NCBI GenBank assembly: GCA_964016885.1
Contig: OZ024741.1
Coordinates: 314,216,001-314,280,000, forward strand
Direction of reading: 5' to 3'
Source: Eledone cirrhosa
Taxonomy: Eukaryota
DNA: 64,000 nt
The notes beneath the pieces were generated by a model. The model ran no database searches, was not told the DNA's origin, and saw only the letters and a list, made by a program, of their open reading frames with translations. The translations under genes and the position numbers were made by a program. Below are positions 34,001-47,700 of the stretch, piece by piece. The number at the start of each line of letters is the position of its first letter. The stretch's first letter is position 1.

Positions 34001-37000
34001 CGGAGGGTATCCGTTTTGTTTATTTTGCGGGGAACCCTTTTTTATATTGGGGGGTTCCGTTTTTAATTTGGAGGGGATCCGTATTCTATTGGGGTGGGGC
34101 CTGTTTTTTATTTGGGGGGTACATTTTTATTTGGAGGGATCCGTTTTTTATTTGGGCGGGACCCATTTTTTATTTGGGTGTCCGACTTTTGCGGGGGTCC
34201 ATTTTTTATATGGGGGGCAGTCGTTTATATTTCAAGGGGATCCGTTGTTAGATGGGGTTTTCGTTTTTCATTTGGAGCTGGTCCATCTTTTATCTGGCGA
34301 GATACGTTTTTCATTTGGAGGGGATCCGTTTTATATTTGAGGGGTCCGTTTTTTATTGGGTGCGTCCGTTTTTTATTTGGGTGTTCCGTTTATTTTTTGG
34401 GGCGTTCCAATTTTTATTTGGGGGGTCAGGTTTTTATTTGGAAGGGACCGGTTTTTTATTTTGGGGATCCGTTTTTTATTTGGCGGATGTTTTTTATTAT
34501 TTTCAGAGGATACGTTTTTTATTGAGGGATCCTTGTTTATTTTTGGAGTACGTTTTTTATTTGGGGTTGTCCGCTTTTTATTTTGGGGACCGTTTTTTAT
34601 TGGGGCAATCTTTTTTTTTATTTGGTGGTCCGGCTTTTTATTTTGAGGTATCCGTATTTTATTTGGAGGATCAGTTTTTTATTTGGGGGCATCCGATTTT
34701 TATTTGGAGGAGATCAATTTTTATTTGGGGATCCGTTTTTTATTTGGGGGGATACGTTTTCTATTTTGAAGGGATCCGTTTTTATGTGAGTGTTCCGTTT
34801 ATTATTCGTGCGGGACCCGTCTTTTATTTGGGGGGATCGGTTTTTTATTTTGAGGTGATCTGTTTTTATTTGGTTGTTCGTTTTTTTATTTTTGGTATCC
34901 GTTTATTTTTTGGTCGGTCCGTTTTTTATTGCGGATCCGTTTATTATGTGTGGGGTCCGTTTTTTATTCTGGGGTCTGTTCCTTATTGGGTCTCCGTTTT
35001 TTTTTCGCGGGGAAACCGTTTTTATTTGGGGCGAGTCCATTTTTTATTTGGGGGATCGGTTTTTTATTTGGGGGAGTCCGTTTTTTATTTGGTTGGATCC
35101 GTTTTTCATTCGGAGGGGATCCGTTTTTTTTATTTGGGGGGATACGTTTTTGTTTGGACGTCCGTTTTTTGTTTGGGGGTATCCATTTTTATTTGGGAGG
35201 ATCCGTTTTTCATATTTTGGATATCCGTTTTATATTTAGCTAATCCCTTTTTTATTTTGAGGGGAACCCTTTTTTATATTAGGGGGTTCCGTTTTTTTGT
35301 TTGGGTGTCCGTTTTTTATTTGGGGGTCCGATTTTTATTTGGAGGGATCCGTTTTTAGATGGGATTTCCGTTTTTCATTTGGAGGTGGTCCTCTTTTATC
35401 TGGCGAGATACGTTTTTCATTTAGAGGGGATCCGTTTTATATTTGTGGGGTCCGTTTTTTATTCGGGGCGTTCGTTTTTATTTGGGTGGGACCGGTCCTT
35501 TATTTCGGGGATCCGTTTCTTATTTGGGGGATCCGTTTCTTATTTCGGATGTCCGTTTTTTATTTGGGGGATTCAATTTTATATTTGGGGGATACTTTTT
35601 TGTTTGGGGTGTTTAAGGGGATCTCTTTTTTATTTGGGAGGATCAGTTTTTATTTGGGGTGTCCATTTTTTTGTTTTGAGGGATCGTTTTTTATTTGGGT
35701 TGATTGTTTTTTTATTTTGAGGGGATCCGTTTTTTATTTGCGGTATCGTTTTTTGGGGAGTAGTGGTCCGTTTTCTCATTTTGGGGGCTCCGTTTTTATT
35801 TGAGGCGGATCCATTTTTCATTTTGAGGAGATCCGTTTTATATTTGGCTGATGCCTTTTTTTATTTTTGGTGTCCGTTTTTAATATTTGGGCTCCGTTTT
35901 TATTCGGATGGTATCCGTTTTTTATTTTGAGGGGATCCCTTTTTTATATTGGGGGTTCCGTTTTTTTGTTTGGGGGTGGTCCATCTTTTATCTTGCGAGA
36001 TACGTTTTTCATTTGGAGGGGATCCGTTTTATATTTGTGGGGTCCGTTTTTTATTTGGGTGTTCCGTTTATTATTTGGGCGGGAGCTGTCTTTTATTTGG
36101 GGGTCCGGTTTTTATTTGGGTCGTCCCAATTTTTATTTGGGGGGTCAGTTTTTTATTTGGGTGGGACCCGTTTTTTATTTTGGGGATCCGTTTTTTATTT
36201 GGGGGATCCGTTTTTTATGTTGGATGACCGTTTTTTATTTGGGGGATTCAGTTTTTTATTTGGGTGATACGTTTTTGTCCATTTTAGGTTTTTGGGGATC
36301 TCTTTTTTATTTTGGAGAATCCGTTTTTGTTTGGGGTGTCCATTTTTTGTTTTTGGGGGTCGCATTTTTATTAGGGTTGATCGGTTTTTTTATTTTGAGG
36401 GGATCCCTTTTTTATATTGGGGGTTTCCATTTTTTTGTTTGGGTGTCCATTTTTTATTAGGGGTTATCCATATTTTCTTGGGGGGGCCTGTTTTTTATTT
36501 GGGAGTCCGTTTTTTCCTTGGAGGGATCGGTTTTTTATTTGGGAGGGACCCATCTTTTATTTGGGTGTTCGATTTTTTGGGGGGCTCCATTTGTTATATG
36601 GGGGCATTCGTTTATATTTCAAGGGGATCCCTTTTTAGATGGGGTTTCCGTTTTTCCCATCTGTTATCTGGCGGGATACGTTTTTCATTTGGAGGGGATC
36701 CGTTTCATATTTGTGGGTCCCGATTTTATTTGGGTGTTCCGTTTATTATTTGGGCGGAACCCGTCTTTTATTTGGGGGTCCGTTTTTTATTTGGGGCGTT
36801 CCAATTTTTATTTGGGGGTCAGTTTATATTTGGGTGGGACCCGTTTTTTATTTTGGGGATCCGTTTTTTATTTGGGGGATCCGCCTTTTATTTGGGATAT
36901 CCGTTTGTGATTTGGGGGATTCAGTTTTTTATTTGGGGGATACGTTTTTGTTTGGGGTGTCCAATTTTTGTTTTGGGGGATCTCTTTTATTTGGGGGATC

Positions 37001-40000
37001 GGTTTTTTTTATTTTGAGGGGATCCGTTTTTTATTTGGGGTATCGTTTTTTTAGGGGGGGTCCGTTTTTTATTCGTGTTGGGGGGGCTCCGTTTTTATTT
37101 GGGGAGGATCCATTTTTTATTTGAGGGATCGGTTTTTCACTTGGTTGTCCGTTTTTTATTTGGGGCGTTCCAATTTTTATTTGGAGATTCAGTTTTTTAT
37201 TTGGGTCGGACCCGTTTTTTAATTTTGGGGATCCGTTTGTTTTTTGGGGGATCCGTTTTTATTTGAGATGTCCGTTTTTTATTTGGGGGATTCAGTTTTT
37301 TTATTTGGGGGATACGTTTTTGTTTGGGGTGTCCATTTCTTGTTTTAGGGATCTGATTTTTATTTGGGAGATCGGCTTTTTATTTTGAGGGGATCCGTTT
37401 TTTATTTGGGGTATCGTTTATTTTTGGGGGGTGCGTTTTTTTATTTTGGGTGGTCCTTTTTTATTTTGGGCGGATCCATTTTTTATTTGAGGGATCAGTT
37501 TTTTATTTGAGGGGTCCGACTTTTATTTGGGGGGGTCCGATTTTTATTTGGGCCGATACGTTTTGATTTGGGGGATCCGTTTTTTCTTGGGGGGGATACG
37601 TATTCTTTTTGGTCGGGATCCGTTTTTTATTTGGGGGGATCGGTTTTTTATGTTGAAGGATCCGATTTTTACTTCGGGTACTGTTTTTTTATTTTTGGGG
37701 TCGGTTTTTTATACTTTGAGGTCCGTTTTTTATTCGGGGGAGATCCGTCTTTTTTTTATTAAGAGGGGATACGTTATTTATTTAAGTGGGTCCGTTTTTT
37801 ATTTGGGGTGTCAGTTTTTTATTTGTTTGTAACCATTTTTATTTGGGAGAATCCGTTTTTCATTTTGATAGGATCCGTTTTATATTTGAGTGATTCCTTT
37901 TTGGGTCCGTTTTTGTTTGGGTGTATTCGTTTTTTATTTTGAGGGGATCCATTTTTTATATTGGAGGGTTCCGTTTTTTTGTTTGGGGTCCGTTTTTTAT
38001 TTGGGGTTATCCATATTTTCTTGTGGGATCCGTTTTTATTTGGGGGGATCCGTTTTTATTTTGGGGTTCCTTTCTATTTAGGGGTTCGTTTTTTGTTGGG
38101 GTGCCCGTTTTTTATTTGGGTGCCCGTTTCTTATTTGCGGAGGATCCGTTTTTTTGGGGGGGAGATCCTGTCTTTTATTTGTGGTTCCGTTCTTTATTTG
38201 GGGTGTCGATTTTTTATTTGGGGGTTCCGTTATTTATTTGGGGCATCGGGTCTTTTATTTGGGGGGATACGTTTTTCTTTGGGGGAATGCATTTTTTTTT
38301 ATTTGGGGGAATCGGATTTTATTTTGAGGTGATCCGTTTTTATTTGGGTGATCTTTTTTACTTTTGGGGTGTTTTTTTTTATTTTGGGGTTTGTTTTATA
38401 TTCGGGGGAGATTCGCTTATTATTTTCAGAGGATACGTTTTTTATTGGGGGATCGTTATTTATTTTTGGGGTCCGTTTTTCAATTTAGGGGGCCATTTTT
38501 TACTTGGGTGGACCGTTTTTTATTTGGGCGGTCCTTTTTTGTTTAGCGGTACGGTTTTTTTATTTTGAGGTATCCGTTTTTTATTTGGAGGGATCAGTTT
38601 TTTATTTGGGTGCATCCGATTTTTATTTGGAGGTCAATTTTTTATTTGGGGATCCGTTTTTTATTTTGGCTGGATCCGTTTTTATTTTGGGCGGATCCAT
38701 TTTTTATTTGAGGGATCGGTTTTTTATTTGGGGGGTCCGACTTTTATTTGGGGCGTCCGCTTTTTATTTGAGGGGGATACGTATTCTTTTTGGCCGGGAT
38801 CCGTTTTTTATTTGGGGGGATCGGTTTTTTTATGTTGAGGAATCCGTTCTTTATTTCGGGTATTGTTTTTTATTTTCGGGATTTTTTTTTTTTTATTCGG
38901 GGGAGAACCGTTTTTTTTATTAAGAGGGGATACGTTTTTTGTTTAAGTGGGTCCGTTTTTTATTTTGGGTGGGAGTCAGTTTTTTATTTGGGGATCGACT
39001 TTTTATTTGGGAGAATCCGTTTTTCATTTTGAGAGGATCCGTTTTATACTTGAGGGATTCCTTTCTTATTTTTGCGGTCCGTTTCTAATATTTTGGCTCC
39101 GTTTTTATTCGGGCGTATTCGTTTTTTATTTTGCGGGGATCCGTTTTTTTATATTGGAGGGTACCGTTTTTTTCTTTGGGGGTCCGTTTTTTATTTGGGG
39201 TTATCTATATTTTCTTGTGGGGTCCGATTTTATTTGGGGGGATCCGTTTTTATTTTGGGGTCCATTTCTATTTAGGGGGTCCGTTTTTTGTTTGTGTGTC
39301 CGTTTTTTATTTGGGTGCCCGTTTTTTATTTGCGGAGGATCCGTTTTTTTGGGGGGGAGGTCCCTTTTTTCTTTGGGGATCCGTTTTTTCATTTGGGAGG
39401 CATCCGTTTTTTGATTTCAATGGGATCCGTTTTTTATTTGGAGGGGATCCGTATTCTATTGGTGTGGGGCCCGTTTTTTATTTGAGGGTCCGTTTTTTAT
39501 TTGGGGGGTCCGTTATTTATTTGGGGAATCCGTTTTTATTTGGGGGTTCCGTTTTTCATTTGGAGGCGGCTCATATTTTATCTGGCGGGATCCTTTTTTC
39601 ATTTGGAGGTGATCCGTGTTTTATTTGGGGCTCCGTTTTTTATTTGGGGGATAGATTTTTTATTTGGGGGGTCCGTTATTTATTTGGGGCATCGGGTCTT
39701 TTATTTGGGGGGGGGGGATACGTTTTTGTTTGGGGGGATCCATTTATTTTTATTTGGGGGGATCGGATTTTATTTTTGGGGTCGTTTTTTTTTATTTTGG
39801 GGTCTGTTTTAAATTCGGGGGAGATCCGCTTATTGTTTTCAGAGGATACGTTTTTATAGGGGGAGTCGTTGTTTATTTTTGGCGTCCGCTTTTCATTTTA
39901 GGTGTCCATTTTTTATTTGTGGGGGTGGTTCCGTTTTTTATTTAGGGGACCGTTTTTTATTGGGGCGGTCTTTTTTTTATTTGGCGGTGCGGTTTTTTAT

Positions 40001-40829
40001 TTTGAGTTATCCGTTTTTTATTTGGAGGGATCAGGTTTTTATTTGGAGGCATCTAATTTTTACTTGGAGGAGATCAATTTTTTGTTTGGGGATCCGTTTT
40101 TTATTTGAGGGGATACGTTTTCTATTTTGAAGGGATCTGTTTTTTATTTGGGTGTTCCGTTTATTATTTGGGCGGGACCCGTCTTTTTGGGGGGTTCGTT
40201 TTTTTATTTGGAGCGTTCCAATTTTTATTTGGGTATAAGTTTTTGGGTGGGACCCGTTTTTCATTTTGGGGATCCGTTTTTTATTTGGGGATCCGTTTTT
40301 TATTTTGGATGATCATTTTTTATTTGGAGGATTCAGTTTTTTATTTGGGGGGATACGTTTTTGTTTGGGGTGTCCATTTTTTGTTTTTTGGGGATCCCTT
40401 TTTTATTTGGGGGATGGGTTTTATATTTTGAGGGGATCCGTTTTTTTATTTGGGGGATCGTTTTTTATTTTTGGTGTATCCGTTTATTTTTTGGTCAGTC
40501 TGTTTTTTATTGGGGATCCGTTTTTTATTTGTGGAGTCCGTTTTTTATTGAGGGTTCCGTTTCTTATTTGTTGTCCGTTTCTTATTCGTGGAGAATCCGT
40601 TTTTATTTGGGGCGGGTCCTTTTTTTATTTCGGGGATCGGTTTTTTATTTGGTTGAATCCGTTTTTCATTCGGAGGGGATGGTTTTTTTATTTGGGGGGA
40701 TACGTTTTTGTTTGGGCATCCGATTTTGGTGTGGGGTTATCCATTTTTATTTGGGAGGATCCGTTTTTCATTTTTAGGAGATCTCTTTTATACTTGGCTG
40801 ATCCCTTTTTTGGGGGGTTCCGTTTTTAA

Positions 40830-42680
40830 TATTTGGGCTCCGTTTTTATTCGGAGGGTATCCGTTTTTTAATTTGAGGTGAACCCATTTTTATATTGGGG
40901 GGTTACGTTTTTTGGTTTGGGTGTCCGTTTTTTATTTGGGGTTATCCATATTTTCTTGGGGGTCCGTTTTTTATTTGGGGGGATCCGTTTTTCATTTGGC
41001 GGGGATCCGTATTCTATTGGGGTGGGCCTGTTTTTTATTTCGGGGTCCGTTTTTTATTTGGGCGGGACCCATTTTTTGTTTGGGTGTCCGATTTTTTGGG
41101 GGTCCATTTTTTATATCGGGGGCATTCTTTTATATTTCAAGGAGATCCGTTTTTAGATGGGGTTTCCGTTTTTCAATTGGAGGGGGTCCGTTTAATATTT
41201 GTGCGGACCGTTTTTTATTCGGGGCGTCCTTTTTTTTATTGGGGTGGTCCGTTTTTTTGTTTGGAGGGATCGGTTTTTTATTTGGGCGGGACCCATTTTT
41301 TATTTGTGTGTCCGTTTTGGGGGGCGTCCATTTGTTTATTTGGGGGAATCCGTTTTTATTTGGGGGTTCCGTTTTGGGTGTCAATTTTTTATTTGGGAGG
41401 AATCCGATTTTTATTTGGGCGCGACCCGTTTTTTCTTTGAGGTACCGTTTCTATTTGGGAGATCAGATTTTTATTTGGAGGGTTCTGTTTTTTATTTGGG
41501 GAGCATCCGTTTTTTATTTGGAGGGATCCGTTTTTTATATGAGGGGCCCTTTTTTATTTGGGGAATCTGTTTTTTATTTGGGGGCTTGCATTTTTTATTT
41601 GGGGGGATCCGTTTTTTATTTGGTATGTTACGTTTTATTTGGGGTGTCGATGTTTTGTTTGGGGGCGATCCTTTTTTTATTTAGGAAGATACGTTTTTTT
41701 TATTTTGAGGGGATTCCATTTATATTTGGGGGTTCTTTTTTTAATTTGAGGTCCGTTTTTAATATTTGGGCTCCGTTTTTATTCGGAGGGTATCCGTTTT
41801 TTATTTTGAGGGAACCCTTTTTTATATTGGGGGGTTACGTTTTTTGGTTTGGGTGTCCGTTTTTTATTTGGGGGGATCCCTCTTTCATTTGGCGGGGATC
41901 CGTATTCTATTGGGGTGGGTCTGTTTTTATTTCGGGGTCCGTTTTTTATTTGGGTGGGACCCATTTTTTGTTTGGGTGTCCGATTTTTTGGGGGGTCCAT
42001 TATTTATATCGGGGGCATTCTTTTATATTTCAAGGAGATCCGTTTTTAGATGGGGTTTCCGTTTTTCATTTGGAGGGGGTCCGTTTAATATTTGTGCGGA
42101 CCGTTTTTTATTCGGGGCGTCCTATTTTTTATTGGGGTGGTCCGTTTTTTTGTTTGGAGGGATCGGTTTTTTATTTGGGCGGGACCCATTTTTTATTTGT
42201 GTGTCCGTTTTGGGGGGGCGTCCATTTGTTTATTTGGGGGAATCCGTTTTTATTTGGGGGTTCTGTTTTGCGTGTCAATTTTTTATTTGGGAGGAATCCG
42301 TTTTTTATTTGGGCGCGACCCGTTTTTTCTTTGAGATACCGTTTCTATTTGGGGGATCAGATTTTTATTTGGAGGGTTCTGTTTTTTATTTGGGGAGCAT
42401 CCGTTTTTTATTTGGAGGGATCCGTTTTTTATATGAGGGGTCCTTTTTTATTTGGGGAATCTGTTTTTTATTTGGGGGGTTCCATTTTTTATTTGGGGGG
42501 ATCCGTTTTTTATTTGGTGTGTTACGTTTTATTTGGGGTGTCGATGTTTTGTTTGGGGGCGATCCTTTTTTTATTTAGGAAGATACGTTTTTTTTATTTT
42601 GAGGGGATTCCATTTATATTTGGGGATTCTTTTTTTAATTTGAGGTCCGTTTTTATTCGGAGGGTATCCGTTTTTTATTT
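40830..42680 (+). repeat. Local ~893-bp tandem duplication within the satellite
   Basis: TTCAAGGAGATCC at 41136/42029 and AGGAAGATACG at 41683/42577. It is also visible as the repeated peptide in ORF 40912-43287. Confidence 0.88.
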
Positions 42681-44799
42681 TGAGGGAACCCTTTTTTATA
42701 TTGGGGGGTTACGTTTTTTTGTTTGGGTGTCCGTTTTTTATTTGGGTGCCCGTTTTTTATTTGCGGAGGATCCGTTTTTTTGGAGGGAGGGGGTCCCTTT
42801 TTTCTTTGGGGATCCGTTTTTTTGGGGGGGAGGCATCTGTATTTTTATATCGATGGGATCCATTTTTTATTTGGGGGGATCCATTTTTTATGTGGAGGGA
42901 TCCGTATTCTATTGGTGTGGGGCCCGTTTTTTATTTGGCGGTCCGTTTTCTATTTGGAGGGATACATTTTTTATTGGCGCGGGACCCATTTTTTATTTGG
43001 GTGTCCGTTTTTGGGGGGGATCCATTTTTTTATTTGAGGGGAATCCGTTTTTATTGGAGGTTCCGTTTTTCATTTGGAGGGGGTTCATATTTCATCTGGC
43101 AGGATACGTTTTTCATTTGGAGGGGATCCGTGTTTTATTTCTGGGGTCCGTTTTTTATTCGCGGGGAATCCATCTTTTATTTGGGGCTCCATTTTTTTAT
43201 TTGGGGATCGATTTTTATTTGGGGGTCCGTTATTTATTTGGGGCATCGGGTCTTTTGTTTGGGGGCATACGTTTTTGTTTGGGGTGATCCATTTTTTTTT
43301 AATTGCAGGGCATTCGTTTTTTATTTGGGGGATCAGTTTTTTATTTGGAGGGATCTGTTTTTTATTTGGGGAGCATCCGCTTTTTATTTGGAGGGAACCG
43401 TTTTTTTTATTTGAGGGGTCCTTTTTTATTTAGGGAATCGTTTTTTAATTTGGGGGTCCGTATTTTATTCGAGGGGGGTTTGTTTTTTTATTTTGAAGGG
43501 ATCCGTTATTCATTTGGGTGAGGTGTCCATTTTTTATTTCCGGGGGGGGCGTTTTTTATTTCGGGTGTTACGTTTTTGTTTGGGATGTCCGTGTTTTGTT
43601 TGGGGGCGATACGTTTTTTATTTTGAGGGGGATCCGTTTTATATTTGAGGGATCTTTTTTTAATTTTTGTTTTCCGTTTTTAATATTTGGGCTCCGTTTT
43701 TTATTCAGCGATATTAGTTTTTTATTTTGAGGGTATCGGTCCTTATTTGGGGGGGGGGGGTCCTTTTTTGTGTCCTTTTTTTCTTTCGTGGTCTGTTTCT
43801 TTATTTGGGGGTCATCCGTTTTTTATTTCGAGTGGAACCGTTTTTTATTTGGGGATCCGTTTTTTATATGGGGGGATACATATTGTATTTAGGCGGGACC
43901 GTTTTTTATTTGGGGCTCCGTTGTTTTTATTTAGAGGGGTTCCGTTTTTTATTTGGGGTATCCGTTTTTAATTCGGAGGGGATCCGTTTTTTATTTGGGG
44001 CATCCGTTTTTAATTCGGAGGGGATCCGTTTTTTATTCGGGGGTCTGTTTTTTATTTGCGGGATCGGATTTTTATTTCGGGGGGGGGGTACGTTTTATAT
44101 TTTTGGTGTTCGTTTTTTCTTCGAGGGGGATCCGTTTTTTTTATTTTGAGGGGCTCCGTTTTTTTATATGCGGGGTCCGTTTTTTATTTGGGGGCGATCC
44201 ATTTATTATTTGGGGATCCGTTTTTTATTTGATGTGGTCCGTTTTTTATTTGGGGGATCGGTATTTTATTTGGGGTGGTTCGTTTTTTATTTGGGGGGAT
44301 CATTTTTGTTTGGGGTGTCCGTTATTTGTTTGTTTGTATCCATTTTTATTTGGGAGGATCCGTTTTTCGTTTTGAGGGGATCCGTTTTAATTAGGGTGAC
44401 TCCTTTTTTTATTTTGGGTGTCCATTTTAATATTTTGACTCCGTTTTTATTTGGGGTTATCTGTTTTTTAGTTTTAGGGGATCCCTTTATATATTGGGGT
44501 GTTCCTTTTTTTGTTTGGGGGTCCGTTTTTTATTTGGGGTTATCCATACTTTCTTGGAGGGTCCGTTTTTTATTTGTGGGGATTCGTTTTTATTTTGGGG
44601 TCTATTTCTATTTGGGGGTCCATTTTTTATTTGGGTGTCCGTTTTTTATTTGCGGAGGATCCATTTTTTATTTGGGCGGGACCCATTTTTTATTTGGGTG
44701 TCCGTTTTGGGGGGGGATTCTATTTTTTTATTTGTGGGAAATCCATTTTTAATTGGAGGTTCCCTTTTTCATTTAGAGGGGGTTCATTTTTTATCTGGC

Positions 44800-47700
44800 G
44801 GGATACGTTTTTCATTTGGAGGGGATCCGTTTTTTATTTGTGGGGACCGTTTTTTATTGGGGTGGTCCATTTTTTATTATGAGTGGATACGTTTTTTATT
44901 TGATGGGTCCGTTATTTATTTGGGGGGATACATATTTTATTTAGGGGACCGTTTTTTATTTGAGGGGCACCTGTTTTTTATTTGGCGGTCCGTATTTTAT
45001 TTGGGAGTATCCGTTTTTAATTTAGGGGATCGTTTTTTACTTTAGGGGTCCGTTTTTTTTTATTTTGGAGTTCCGTTTTTTATTCGGTGGTGATGCGTTT
45101 TTTATTTTGAAGGGATACGTTTTTTATTTGGGGAAACGTTTTTTATTTTTGGGGTGTGTTTTTTTATTTTGGGGGTCCATTTTTTATTCGTTGGGGAACC
45201 GTTTTTTATTTTGAGAGGACACTTTTTTTTTGGGGGGGGGTCCTGTTTTTGTTTGGGGGCCCGGTTTTTATTTGTTTGTGGGTCCGTTTTTTATTGGGGC
45301 GGTCCATTTTTTATTTGTGCGGTCCGGTTTTATTTGGGAGTATCCGTTTTTTATTATGAGGGGATACGTTTTTTTCTTTGATGGGGTCCGTTATTTATTT
45401 GGGGGGATACATATTTTATTTAGGGTCCGTTTTTTCTTTGAGCGGTACCTGTTTTTTATTTGGCGGTCCGTATTTTATTTGTGGGTATCCGTTTTTTATT
45501 TGGGGGATCGTTTTCTATTTTGGGGGTCCGTTTTTTTTTATTTTGGGGCTCCGTTTTTTATTCGGTGAGGATCCTTTTTTTATTTTGAGGGGACACTTTT
45601 TTATTTGGGGTGTCCTTTTTTTGTTTGGGGACCCGGTTTTCATTTGGGGCTGTCCGTTTTTTATTTGGGGCGACCCGTTTTATATTTGGGGGATCCGTTG
45701 TTTCTATAGAGGTCGGTGTTTTTATTTGTGAGTATCCGGGGTTTTTTTGGGGGGTGTCCATTTTTTATTTGGGGGAGGGTCAGTTTTGATTTTGGGTATT
45801 CCCGTTTTGTTTGGGGTGTCCTTTTTTTGTTTGGGGGCGATACTTTTTTTTATTTAGGAGGATACGTCTTTTTATTTTGAGGATATGCGTTTTATATTTG
45901 AGGGATCTTTCTTTAATTTTTGTGGTCCGTTTTAATATTTGGACTCCGTTTTTTATTCGGAGATATTAGTTTTTTAATTTGAGGGTATCTGTCCTTATTT
46001 GGGGGTGGGGGTCCGTTTCTTGTATGTGAGTCCATTTTTTATTTGGGGGTTCCGTTTTTTATTTGGGCGGGACCCGTTTTTTCTTTGGGTGTCCGTTTTT
46101 TTTTATTTGGGGGGATACGTTTTTATTTATTTGTGGGTATCTGTCTTTTTCTTGGGGCGGGGTCCGTTTTTTATTTGGGTGCATCCATTTTTCATTTGGA
46201 GTGGATCCGTTTTTTATTTGTGTGTCTGTTTTTTTCTTTGGTGGTCTGTACCTTTATTTGGGGGTCATACTTGTTTTATTTCGAGTGGACCCGTTTTCTA
46301 TTTGGGGATCCGTTTTTTATTTAGTGGGGTCCGTTTTTTATTTGCGGCGGGTTCGTTTTTTATTTGCGGGGTTCATTTTTTGTTTGGGGCGATTCGTTTT
46401 TTTATTTTGAACGGATCCGTTTTTTATTTGGAAGGATACATATTGTATTTGGGCGGGACCCGTTTTTTATTTTGGGGATGTGATTTTTATTTGGGGTGTC
46501 CGTTTTTTATTTGGGGTGTGTTTTTTATTTGGGGGTTACGTTTTTGTTCGGGCGATCCGTTTTTTATTTTGGGGATCGTTTTTTACTTTTGGGATCCGTT
46601 TTTTTAATTATGGGGTTCCGTTTTTCATTCGGTGATGATGCATTTTTTTATTTTGAAGGGATACGTTTTTTATTTGGGAAACGATTTTTATTTTTGGGGT
46701 GTGTTTTTTATTCATTGAGGATCGGTTTTTTTATTTTGAGGGGACACTTTTTTATTTGGGGGGGTCCTTTTTTTGTTTGGGTGCCCCGTTCTTATTTGGG
46801 GGTGGGTCCGTTCTTTGTTTGTTGGTCCGTTTTTTATTGGGGCGGTCCAATATTTATTTGTGCGGTACCTATTTATTTGGCGGTCCATTTTTTATTTGGG
46901 AGTATCCGTTTTTTATTATGAGGGGATACGTTTTTTATTTGATGGGATCCGTGATTTATTTGGGAGGATACATTTTTATTCATGGGACCGTTTTTTATTT
47001 GGGTGGCACCTGTTTTTTATTTGGCGGTCCGTATTTTATTTGGGAGTATCCGTTTTTAATTTGGGGGATCGTTTTTTACTTTAGGGGTCCGTTTTTTTTA
47101 TTTTGGGGTTCCGTTTTTTATTCGGTGGTGATCCGTTTTTTTTATTTTGAAGGGATACGTTTTTTATTTGGGGAAACGTTTTTTATTTTTGGGGTGTGTT
47201 TTTTTATTTTGGGTGTCCGTTTTTTATTCGTTGGGGAACCGTTTTTTATTTTGAGGGGACACTTTTTTGGTGGGGGGTCCATTTTTTGTTTGGGGGCCCA
47301 GTTTTTATATGGTGGTGGGTCCGTCTTTGTTTGTGGGTCCGTTTTTTAATGGAGCTGTCCATTTTTTATTTGTGCGGTACTTGTTTATTATTTGGGCGGT
47401 CCGGTTTTATTTGGGAGTATCCGTTGTTTATTATGAGGGGACACGTTTTTTTATTTGATGGTTACGTTATTTATTTTGGGGAATACTTTTTTATTTAGGG
47501 GTACGTTTTTTATTTGAGCGGTACCTGTTTTTTATTTGGCGGTCCGTATTATATTTGTGGGTATCCGTTTTTTATTTGGGGCGGTCCGGTTTTTTTTGGG
47601 GGGGGGGCGACCCGTTTTATATTTGGGGGATCCGTTGTTTCTATAAGGGTCGGTGTTTTTATTTGTGAGTATCCGGGGGTTATTTGGGGGGTGTCCGTTT

